41,383 nt of DNA from Perkinsus olseni (Eukaryota). This document shows, piece by piece, positions 11,788-22,314 of this stretch. Below the pieces are notes generated by a model. The model searched no databases, had not been told where the DNA came from, and saw only the letters and a program-made list of their open reading frames with translations. The stretch lies in NCBI GenBank assembly GCA_013115125.1, contig JABANN010000301.1, positions 1-41,383 of the forward strand. The letters run 5' to 3'. The position numbers and the translations under genes were made by a program. How positions within the stretch are numbered: position 1 is the first letter of the stretch; every line of letters begins with the position of its first letter.

Positions 11788-12638
11788 ATGCCTGCTATTG
11801 CTAATCTGGGTCGTCTACTGGACTCTGCCGTGCTCGCCATGATAACTGTGGTGCTTGCCGGAGCTGCCTTGTAAGATTGTGGGAATTTGGCCCAGCGGAC
11901 GAGGAGTTGTTTTACCTGTCGGGAGTCCCTGGGTCGAACCCTGCGGCGGGCGATGTGGTTCGATATTATTTATCGCAGGTACTGCATTGGACTGGTCCAC
12001 CACATGATCGTCATCACTGAGAGGAACAAGCTCGGAGCCTTCGGCAACCTAGTGGCCAACGCACTGCCTTTCAAGGTTATAATACTGGGAAAAATGGGGA
12101 GCTTGTTAGTACGTTTTTTTCCGTAAACTCGTTTTCCGGTAGTAGAGATCCTTCCTACTTAGCACTGTGAACGTTGAGATGGAATCGCTAGAACAGTTCA
12201 CCGTGAAGTAGGCTGCAACGCTTCGATCGTCTGAAGGCTCACCCGAGGCTACCCAACGCTGAATAACAGAAATCGTATCACTAATGGTTGTGCTCAACAT
12301 GGTGGATGCCTCTACTGCAACCAACTGACCTCCATCTCGTTTTCATCGCGTAGAGGAAAAGTACTGGGTAAATGCTGTCGGCGGCGAGCAGGGCAACCCC
12401 AGGCCCTCTCTTCGTGAAGAAGGAAAGCTCTTTCCTGACTTTGATCTGCTTTTCTTGGGTTGTCCCGAACTGTGTTTCGTCTCAGGGCAATCGGTTCGAA
12501 TTCAACTTGACCCATGTGCTGTTGTACGCCATCTTGTGCGTTATCCTCTCGCTGAGTCATCATAAGTACCTCGATGCTCAGAGCAAGAGGTTGGAGAAAG
12601 AGGAGAAGAAACAACAGAAGGGGAAGAAGAATGAGTGA
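11788..12638 (+). CDS. Hypothetical multi-exon membrane protein with C-terminal KKxx ER-retrieval motif
   Basis: Hydrophobic first exon (MPAIANLGRLLDSAVLAMITVVLAGAAL then gtaag), several small exons, last exon GNRFEFNLTHVLLYAILCVILSL...KGKKNE*. Internal structure unresolved. Confidence 0.55.
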
Positions 12639-12858
12639 TTGTTAATGATGATGAGCTGAGGATGGACGAGATATTAGAGTATCCTCACGACTGTTGGCGA
12701 TAGTATTTCTTTATGCCATCGGGCTTTTGGTTGCTATGCCGCCGTCTCAATTAGCGCGCGTCTGGTCATAGTAGTATCCTGACCTGTTTTGTATCTTGCC
12801 AGCTCCGACATAAGATTCTGTCATTCGCCACATCTCAAGGTTTTACACTATCCGTATT

Positions 12859-13410
12859 ATGGGTGCTTCTTCCTCGTCCTCGTCACCCTCGCTGCCTCCC
12901 ATCGATAATCAAGAGCTGCCCTGCCAACCGGAGATGGACGCCTTCGTGGCATGCGTCAAATCGTAGTGCCCCGCTTTTGCATTCCGATAGTAGTAGTGGA
13001 AGTGTTGGTAGTCTCTCTACTTGTATGAGTAGTAGAATGAAGACGGCATCGCTCCGCTAACAGCAGGGCACGGCTCCGGAGGAGATGAACTATTTTCTAT
13101 TAGCCCTCGACGAACGAAGGTGTGGCTCTCTGGAACAGGAATAAATGGCGGGCTCCCTTATTGGCGCTGGCGGAATGCAATTTTTGGAAGGATGCCTTCC
13201 GACGCTGAAATTGCATTTTCACGGTGGAGTCCAAGCTCGGAGCTTCCATTGGCTTGAACGCTCGTGCTGTCGAAATTGGCTGTTTTTAGGAAGCCTCAGG
13301 GTCTGCGGGCTACTGACTGCGAGGAGCTGAGGGATCGATATAAGCTCTGCATGCAGGAGCATAAGGAGAATAAAGGCAGCAACAGCAGCGGAGAGAAATC
13401 TTCAGGGTGA
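12859..13410 (+). CDS. Small twin-CX9C (CHCH) protein, about 74 aa, probable mitochondrial intermembrane-space protein; missed by the ORF track
   Basis: Exons 12859-12962 and 13290-13410 join in frame to MGASSSSSSPSLPPIDNQELP-CQPEMDAFVAC-VKSKPQGLRATD-CEELRDRYKLC-MQEHKENKGSNSSGEKSSG. Confidence 0.8.
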
Positions 13411-13685
13411 TGAAGGAATCTTAGGTTGATGCATGTCTTTGATAGACTGTTTCTGATGAAAAAAGGATATTTGAGTTGATAGTATCCGCGGGGCTGATCA
13501 CAGTTGCATTTCATCCGGCTGCGGGTTTATAATTTTATGCTACTTTCTCAGCAGCAACCTCTTTGAAAGCAATTCACACGTCCGAATCGTTTTCGGCGGA
13601 GAGGTGTCTCTGTGTAGAGCTGTTGAATCAGAACAGGCCGAGCTCCCTTGTAGCCGAGTTACCTTCCCTCTGGTCGTCGGTGATC

Positions 13686-16600
13686 ATGTCCTCCTCCTCC
13701 GTCTCGTCGAGTCATCGTCGAGAAGCAAAGAGAGCCAAAACGAGGGAGACGGAGCTGAGCACCTCTCTTGGATACACTAATGAGAGCAATCCCTTCGGTG
13801 ATTCCAATTTGACGTCGACCTTTAGGTAGGGAGGCCTGTTGGGTTGATGGGCGTTGGAAGGCTGTGGTTAGGTGGAAGAAGAAGGAACAGTTCCAGGAGG
13901 CGGCGGGGGTTCGACCGTTGAAGGGTAGCGAGGCGAGAGAGCAAGCGAGGTAGTGACCGTTTGTTGGGTTGGGGAAGGGGTACGTGTGCCCTTCGAGAGG
14001 TGGTTGGTTCCATCCCCACACTTGGCGGTATTTCTCGTCGTCTCAGAGCCAACCTGAATGAGGTGGTCCAGATTCGGCAAAGGCGGGAGGAGCGGGCGGC
14101 AGAAGTGAGCCTGTTGGAGCAGCAGCGGAGCGAAAGGGAGAGAGACATGATGGAAGACGAATATCGGGATTGGCTGGCGAAGGAGGAGAAATTCGATATT
14201 GTACAGAACTGGGAAGATACGCCCTCGAGAATCTTGCGCGTGCGTGCTCACAGCTTGACGGGAATCTTATGGATGGGGAGTGGAGTTCCTTGGACTTTCT
14301 TGTGAAGATATTTTGCAGTGATGGAGTAATTTGTCAGTCCCAAGCGGCCCTGAGATGCTCTCTCCGAATAAAGACCAACACCGAGCACCTGGAGGACTAC
14401 CTGTACAAGGAGCTGCTCCTCGCTACTAAGGGGGTAGAGAAGTTCCCGTATGACGACTGTACCATATTGGAGTCGTCCCTGGTTACTGATACCATTGCGG
14501 TAAGAGGGAGAATGGTGTGCTTGGATGTAGAACTCCGATATGGTGTAGCGGTAGAGCGGCTGTTTGTGATTCGATAGGTTGTGGGTTCATCTCTGAGTAT
14601 AGGCGAATAGAACTCTGAACTTCATTTCTTTACAGACCGGTCAGCTGTTTCCCTTTTGCAGAGCCTTCCCCCAGGGGAGCTGGAGTCCTCAGCGGCACAC
14701 ATAGGGGATCTAGAGAGAGCTGCTCGGGACAGAGGCAAAGGCGAGGAGGCGGACTATTGGCATTGCGTACTTGCACTGGTCAAGGAGCAGCTAGCGGCCA
14801 AGACGGAAGCTGGACCCAAACGTACTGTGGGGGGAGGAAGAGACGCCGTGTTGTTGCTACGCTTGCTCGGACGCCTGGCGGTTACAGCGTATTCGTGTAC
14901 GGGCGGTTGGAGGTCCGCGGTGGATGAAGATCCGGGGGAGGGCACGGAGAGTCAACCATGATGGTCATGGTTCTCTTCCTTATTAATTTCCGAACATCCC
15001 TCAGAGGCATAGAGAAGTGGCATATCTTCATTCTTCGTATCTTCCCATCTTCGACCTCGTGCTTCCTCAGTTGCTCCAACCAGCGGTCTCGGTATCGAGG
15101 ACAATTCCGTGGAGGCTCTGCTGGGAGGAATCGAATCTGCGGAGGTGTTACGAGGAGTTGAAGATGAGCTCAAATGGCTGCTGACTAACAAAGTGAGTGG
15201 AGGATCGGGCAGGAGGGACGCGTGCGGTACTCAGTAATTTCGTGGCGCGCGGTCACTCTCGCACTTTCATTGGTTGCTTCAGGATAGCGGGGGACCAGCA
15301 GATGAGGTTGATGAGGAGTTCATAACAGCAGCCTTAGAGAAGTAGTACTCAAAGTGGTATCTTGGGAATCTTCGCCGTGCGCAAATCCCGGCCTTGTCGT
15401 TACTTAAATCGTCCAGTTCTCCGGCTGCAAGCGGATCTTGCGAGAATCTTTACTGTGCGCTGTTCTGCCCTTCAGGGTTCCTCACTATATTTCTCGTCTA
15501 AGAGTTGATGACATCCATCGGAGGGCGCGCAAGGTTGTCGAGAAGGTGGTGCAATCGATGGACAATGACGAAGTGGAGGTCGTAGAAGACGCGGCAAATA
15601 GGTAGTACGCGTGCTCATACCAACTTTTCCCGAATCCATGACGATTCGTCGATCAGCTCCTCTGCTGCTGCAGCGCCAGCTGCCACCCCAGAGGATACTC
15701 CGGCCCCCTCAGTGACTTCAGACTCTGGATCGGTGGAAGGTGAGCGTATCGAGGAGGGGTTATCGAGGATCACAACGCCACTCAGGTCGAACATCACGAC
15801 GGAGGGCTGTATCCCCAGTCCCCATCGAGCGCGGGACTTCAGCGTTGGAGCCTATCACGGAGGAGGCGAGCCGGTCTGAGATGGCGGAGACGCGGAGGAA
15901 GATCGTGGAGCAGTGGGACAGGAAGGACAGGAGCGCGAAGGCAGAGGTGATACTGATGGGCCGGGGAGGACTATGTGCCGTCGTGGTACGGGAGGCCGTG
16001 ATACATCTGATGTCGATATGGTCTTAGTACCTGTTGACGAAAATCGCCCTCGTAAAATAGTGGGACCGCTTCCCGACGTTTCGATTCGACGACCGCCGTG
16101 GATGTGGCAGGTGGAATGATCTGTTAATGCAAGTGCGATATGATCGTCGGAGTTCTCCGTCTCAACCTAGGGGGTACCATGGGGTATCTTCGTAGTGCGG
16201 GAGCGCTTGAGTCCTGCCCGTGGAGATGTGCCGCTCCGCGTGCGAACGATGAGTCGGTTGTTGCTCGCTCCCGACAGTTTATATATCGTTGATGTTGATT
16301 CTGCAGAGATAGGAATGGCTGGATAGGGGTCCGTTGTTTTTTCACAACTATTTCTACCATAATTGGATTGAAGATGGACTTTGATGATAGGATGGCGCAG
16401 AAGGAATCTTTCGGCTTTCAGGCTAATTTGTTGACAGCAGCGGAAAAGCGGTTGTTGGCGGAGGAAAGGAATCGTAAGGTTGATGATGGTGATGTTACGG
16501 AGGAGATGTTCAACGAACTTTATGTCGCCCCTGGAGAGGCTGGAAAGACCTACGCCTGGGAGGACAAGTGAGGCGATGCGGCTCACGCTGTGGCTTCCGT

Positions 16601-17156
16601 GGAAACTCAGTCGTTTCGATCTGCATTTCTCAAAGCAGAATTTATATCCGGACTGGGAATTGAACGTCCGATCTTCTGAATGATGGTCTTGGATTGTATC
16701 CGCTAGGCCAATAGGAGACGGTTCAGGCGACCTCATCTCAGGTACCGGCCACGGAAGCCGAAGTTCTACAATAAGGTTAAAACCGGCTTTGATTGGAACA
16801 AATACAATCAGACTCACTACGATAAGGAGACGCCGCCACCTAAGAAGGTCATGGGCTATCGCTTCAACATCCTTTACCCAGATCTCATCGACATGCGGAA
16901 GACCCCGCAGGTGAGGAAGTTTGGGTGAGGAACTCTGAGCAGGCAGGGCGTGTGCTTTCAGTACCACCAGGAGGCCTCCCCGACCCCTGGGACGATCATC
17001 TTGCGGTTCTCGGCAGGGCCACCGTACGAGGATATCGCCTTTAAGATTTCTAATAAGGAATGGGACTACGATCGGAGAAGCGGATTTAAGGCAGTCTTTG
17101 AGCGAGGGATGCTACAGTTGCACTTCAACTTCAAACGTGATAGATATAGACGATGA
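13686..17156 (+). CDS. CACTIN: Cactin, spliceosome-associated protein (many exons)
   Basis: GYTNESNPFGDSNLTSTFRWKKK at the N-terminus; YRPRKPKFYNKVKTGFDWNKYNQTHYD..PPPKKVMGYRFNILYPDL and RFSAGPPYEDIAFKI...HFNFKRDRYRR at the C-terminus. Confidence 0.95.
14534..14605 (+). pseudogene. Degenerate tRNA-like sequence (GTG at anticodon position) in cactin intron 14500-14662
   Basis: 72 nt with canonical spacing: TCCGATA TG GTGT AGCGGTA GAGC G GCTGT TTGTGAT TCGAT AGGTT GTGGG TTCATCT CTGAG TATAGGC G. A-box intact, acceptor stem 5/7 paired, B-box decayed. Confidence 0.6.
16646..16716 (-). pseudogene. Degenerate tRNA-like sequence antisense in cactin intron 16568-16741
   Basis: Minus strand TCCTATTGGCCTAGCGGATACAATCCAAGACCATCATTCAGAAGATCGGACGTTCAATTCCCAGTCCGGAT: A-box TGGCCTAGCGG and B-box GTTCAATTCC at tRNA spacing, with TCC...GGA ends. 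Confidence 0.55.
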
Positions 17157-17630
17157 GACGACAGAGGAAGTCGATAAAATTTCAGTGACTTCATGCTACT
17201 TTCTCGTTGTCAATCGAGATCGGGATGGGCGAGAGGGCCACTCGTGTGAGTGGTAGTTGTGTTTGTGTCATCGTTGAGTATGACTGTTGAGGGTCTGGTC
17301 GCTGACGGTCTTCGATTGAGCCTTAAGCGACAGCGAATTCTTGGGAGGAGAGGCACCCCTAAGAGCTGACTTGTCACTAAATCACGCGGTGACACTATCC
17401 CCGTAGAACTTCCCGACTGCCCGACAACTCAGAGCGATTCTTAGGAAGGGAAAATAACTCTTAGTCGGGTCCGAAGGAAGGACAGGAACTCTGGAAAGGA
17501 GGGATAGATTATCAAGCTGTACAGTACACGCTGGCGTATCCCTGAGCAGAACAGAGGAAACCTGACATCACACCGAGGTCGGATTTCGTCCGCCGCTGGG
17601 AGACAGGACGTGAAGTGGCAGAAGGCATGG

Positions 17631-18882
17631 TCAAACGGGGCTGCGGCGATCATCGCACCTGGGGAGGGTGAGACAACTCGGGTGAAGGTGAAGGTGTGCG
17701 GCGGCGGCGGCGTGAGAGGTAGTAGGAGTATCAGGATTCTACTAGAATCATTTTAGGAGTGACCAGTCTTACCAGTATCTCCTCCTGAGGACGAGAGCGG
17801 CTGCTGCCAGGGACCCGACCCCACCGATCACGAATGAAACACTGTCACTGTGAAGGGTGGAGTTGAGGGGACCTCCAAGCTGAGAGGAAGTCGACACTAG
17901 GACCGCTGGGAGGGAGGTTGGAGGGGCATACAGTATCTAATGATAAACACCTTGCCCCGAACTTTGCCCCGATTGGAGTTCACCTTGGAGCTAAGATTCA
18001 TTCCGGTCGCGGTGGACCAGTCCTGACTAGCGATCCATCCGCCGCACATGCCGCCCAGCTCGCTACTGATGGCTACAGATGACCAGTGAATTGCCAGCAG
18101 TAGTGTTGCTGATCCTACATGTTCACAGGTTTGAGTGAAGAAGCCTGTAGGAACGTGGCGAGGCGGAGCGATGTCGACCAAGGCCGATCTGCTCACGACC
18201 ATCACCACATTCGAGGCGGCGTCATACACCCAGAATATCAGTATCAGTATCACCAGCCCGACTGTATGAGAGGAGCCTGAGAGTCGGAAAGGTTCGAAGG
18301 ATCAGGTGGCGATAAAATTGGTACAACTCCGCTCACTTTTATGCTACCATCACATGAATAATGAGTTGAGAATTCCCTCCCATGGTGAAGAGCTCACCTC
18401 GATCCCCGAGTAGTTCACCAAGTTCGATAGAGTAGCCGATCACAACGGTGCAGAGGCTGAGGATGAGGGCTCCTACGACGAGGAAAGGCAGTCGGCTACG
18501 ACCGTTGCCGCGGGATACATGCCCATCGGACCATCGACCTACTAGGGGCTGTATGATCATACCTGTAGGGATGGCAGGAGGGCTTGTTGAAGGAAAAGGT
18601 TCCTACCTGTGACGGGCCCACACAACCACACCAGTGAACTCGCCGACTCTGGCAAGCCCATTTTCATGGCGAAAGGGATGGAGAAGACGCCCCTGAGGGA
18701 TGATAGCTGGGTGAGGAGCAGCGTGGGTCGACTTACTGCAGAGTCATCGAACAAGACGTGCCGAAAATGGCCAGCCCGACGAGACAGATGCGAACCCATC
18801 CGAAGATGCTGAGATCTTCGCGGACGACACAAGGAGCCTCGTCGCAGCTGCCCTCCTTCTCGACGAGTGTCTCGGAAGCCAT
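17631..18882 (-). CDS. Sucrose transporter (SUC/SUT, SLC45-like) MFS protein, apparently internally deleted; 3' end approximate
   Basis: SLVWLCGPVTGMIIQPLVGRWSD...SRLPFLVVGA, FWVYDAASNVVMVVSRSALVD, then directly LGGPLNSTLHSDSVSFVIGGVGSLAAAALV, which resembles the final helix. Confidence 0.8.
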
Positions 18883-18916
18883 TCACTATGATCCTTAAAA
18901 TAGTAACTTACCAACA

Positions 18917-20095
18917 CTACCATAGTCTGGTTGTGGGAATGTCAACAGACTCTCGAATGGTGAATCGAAACGCTGAGCGATCCAAGGCGAATGTCGGCCC
19001 GTTCGACCAGCAGCTCAGTCGGAATTCCGGTGAATCAGGCTGAGGGGGCGGGCTTATTCCAGTCTGGGAGGGATGGTGAAACAACATTGCACGCATGCCC
19101 TCGTGCCGTGTGTGATGAGAGCTCACCATCCAGTACAGTGTATGAAGGCTCCTGAAACGAAGATCGGGAGGTGTAGAGGGAAGGTCCACCTGGAGCGATG
19201 ATAGAGGGGGATTCTCGGACCGTCTGTTGCTAGCGTTAGACTAAATCGGTTTGGGGCATTGATAGGCGGAGCGACGCCGTAGCGGTCAAAATCCGCACAG
19301 CTGGTCAGGTTGGTACGGCTACCTTGGTCCAGTGGTCCGGGCCCCTCTCTGGCAAGAGACCAAAGGGGGGGCAACTCAGAATTCGGTCCACATTACGGAA
19401 TTCTTCATCACAACGGCGGGAATGCACAGCCATAGCCTGCAGGCTTCGGCTGTACCCCGGTCCCCGAATCTGGGGCCGCGTGGTTCGGACGGTTGGCCTA
19501 TCGACGCTCTCTAACAGAGCTGATCGATGCTGGCTGCCAGTCGGGGTCCTGTAGGGCGCAGTAGTAGCAGACTGCTACTAGCAGTAGAAGCTTACCTTCC
19601 ATCCCCATCTCAACTTTCTCCTGTACACGTCAATTCAACAACCTGTCCCACTGCCGCCGGACCATCCGCTTGTCGGCCTTATTTGATGTGTTAAGCCTCA
19701 AAGGTCCGAGTGCTAGCTCCCGGCCCCGCAATGCTGAAGACACTGGAATCTTTCTCTCTGTGTCGCGCATGCTCGCCGGCTCGGAGTCTTATCCGTTCCT
19801 CTTCCTCCTTTGGTAGCACGTAGTTATCTGTCGACGCTGGGAATGCATGTGAACACGCTGCCAAGTCGGGCGAGACCGCCGTGACGCGGTGTGGTGACGC
19901 GGCTGTATCACCAACATCTCGGAGCTCATGACTAGCAGTAGTAGGCTCGCCGAACGATTCGTTCGGAACGCGGGGCAGGGGCAGCCTTGAGGTGGGAGGA
20001 AATGTTTCAGGGACTTGTCCACTGTGCCGGCTGGAGCCAGCGGATGAGGTGGTGAGTGAGATTTCCCATATCGATTGTCGGTCGATAGAGAACAT
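18917..20095 (-). CDS. Hypothetical multi-exon protein
   Basis: Long minus-strand ORF segments (19691-20095, 18917-19189) linked by GT-AG introns such as about 19549-19595; no recognisable domain. Confidence 0.45.
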
Positions 20096-20359
20096 GAGTT
20101 GCGATTATTGTGGTATGAGTAATAATAATGCTCAGAAAGTAGGATGCAGTGAACACAGTGCACCATCATTTTTCATAAGATACCATTTTCCTTGATTACT
20201 ATCTAAGCACTGCTAGCTGTCACCCTGGTCAGTATCGGTCGTCTTGAGACCCCCACAAAGTTACGATGATACCAAGCATCCTTACAGTTCCATTTCTTCA
20301 AACTCCGCTATCAGTATCGCCTGTTCAGTAGGGCGATCGTTCAGTTTACTTTCTACGTC

Positions 20360-22277
20360 ATGTACTCGTCAATGGCCGTGGCCCAGCTGTTTCTGTCCAC
20401 AATCGTAGCACAACCAAACGTTACGACCAATGCCTCGGTGACCGGTGCGATCGAAGGGTTTCTCGCGGACATCTTCCGCACCACTCCGCAGTTGGACGGC
20501 TCCTGCGTCAAAGGAGATGATTGCCTCCTTCCTGTACCTGAAGGCTTCGACCATTCGACGTCGTCGTTCAACATCTATCTGGTGGAGGAAGGCGGCTGGT
20601 GTAGTGTCGCCCAGCAAACGTATCTTAGTGCTACCCTGGCTATTGACGGGGAAACCTCCGAGGGAAATGGCAACCATTCGGATCACTTCCGTCTTCGTTT
20701 CCTCGAGGACAAACCGGCACTCGGACTGTACAAGGTGAGGTCGTGGGCTTCGTGAGGGCCCCCCCTCCTCTCCGGATCAGATTTGCATATGCATGACGTT
20801 CTTCGCGTCCTGCCCGAGCCCACTGAACGATGCCGCCATCGCGGAGGGGTGGACGACGCACACGCCGGCTCAGCCTCCAGGACTAGTTCCATGCGTGATG
20901 GGAGAGGTAAGGGGGCGGTCGGTCGTCCTTGGCAAGGTCCGACAAGAGCCACTCAGCCTCTTTTTCGCAGGCGTCGAGTTCTTACCCCCTTTGTATGTGC
21001 CTTCCTGAGTGTTCCAAGGGGCGGGTCGTAGCCCTTGACTACGCTGTGACCCTCGGGAGAGTGGATTTTGTCGGACCCGAGCACAATCAGTCCTTCGACT
21101 GCACTCTGGTGAGAGGCCGTTCTCCGCAGGAGGAATATCGTATCTCCTATTAGGGGAGGAACTGCAGCTTCAACGTCCGCGGCCACGGGCTGACGGTGGG
21201 TGATAGGCTCACTTTCGTGGAGGGAAGAGATCCCACCCAGTGTGGGGTGAGTGAACGTGGGATGCCCGAGTTCTCCGGCAGCGGATGTATCGATTCGCAG
21301 GCAGCCGCAGCGAGCCCGCTTCTCCTCGACGGGGAAAGTTTGGGGGTGCAAGGAGTTGGCGAGGATGGTGGATGGGTCTCAGCATTTCTTCACGGAGATA
21401 ACCTGCGAAGCGGCGGTGGGATGTTGAAGAAAAGGGGAGGTCGGCTTCCAACTAAACAGACCTCAGGCGCCTTCTCTATTTGCTGGTGTACACCGGCCCA
21501 GCACCCTGGAACGGGCTGCGAAGCTCCGATCGGGTTCGCGATGCCCGCTGGGTCGCTGAGCGTTCTCGGGCCACTGTCATCGCAGAACTTTGTCTGCTAC
21601 GTAGGTTACAGGTGCGAGGTCACCATTCGAGGGTGAGCGATCCACTCAAATGGTTGACCAACGGCATCGTCTGGGCAGGTTCCGACTGTCCCCTCTGGAC
21701 CAGCTCAGCATCAAGACGTCGCCCCTATTTTGTGGAAGCCCGAATTCTTCAGCCTTGGAAGCGTTTCCCTCCCAGCCCTTTAGGGTCTCCCGGATGCAAC
21801 TGGTGAGTGGGCGTCTGCCGTGTAGCGAGCTCATCGTCAATGTTGCAGACCTCGGCCCAGGCCAGCACCAGCTTCGCGCTGCCCGCACCGCAGCGAGCCG
21901 GAGTGTTTACGCTGTGCTACTGTACAAGCCCAGGAACGTTGTGTGATTCGGCCGAGAAGTTCGCGTCGATGCTGGGGAGTATTACAGTGAATGGGGTCAT
22001 TGAAAACCAAACGTGAGGATAACCCCGGCGGGACTTGAACCCGCAACCTTCGGCTCCGGAAACTGACGCGCTTCCATTGCGCCACGAGGTCTGATGGTCA
22101 CGTCTCGAATTTGATGCCTACACCTTTGAAGGTTCGACTGCACCCCCTACTCTGAGTGTAGGATGCGGATCTCGGGTATTGGCCTCGATAGAGAGACCGA
22201 CCGCCTGCTTGTCACCCGAGGGCCCTCCTGCCCTCCGAGCAGCAGCGATGTCGTACCCGATGAGCAGCCAGCAGCAT

Positions 22278-22314
<37 letters not shown>

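Noticed and set aside
13179-13200. Sm-site-like AATTTTTGG plus hairpin as U4 or U5 snRNA
   Set aside because: No U5 loop I or U6-pairing sequence upstream, and the site is itself base-paired in a larger stem.
16167-16967. 266-aa minus-strand ORF and similar long antisense ORFs
   Set aside because: Shadows of well-supported genes on the opposite strand.
19318-19360. A-box and D-arm-like GCTACCTTGGTCCAGTGGTCCGGGC
   Set aside because: No T-arm or B-box follows, and it overlaps an apparent exon of the minus-strand gene.
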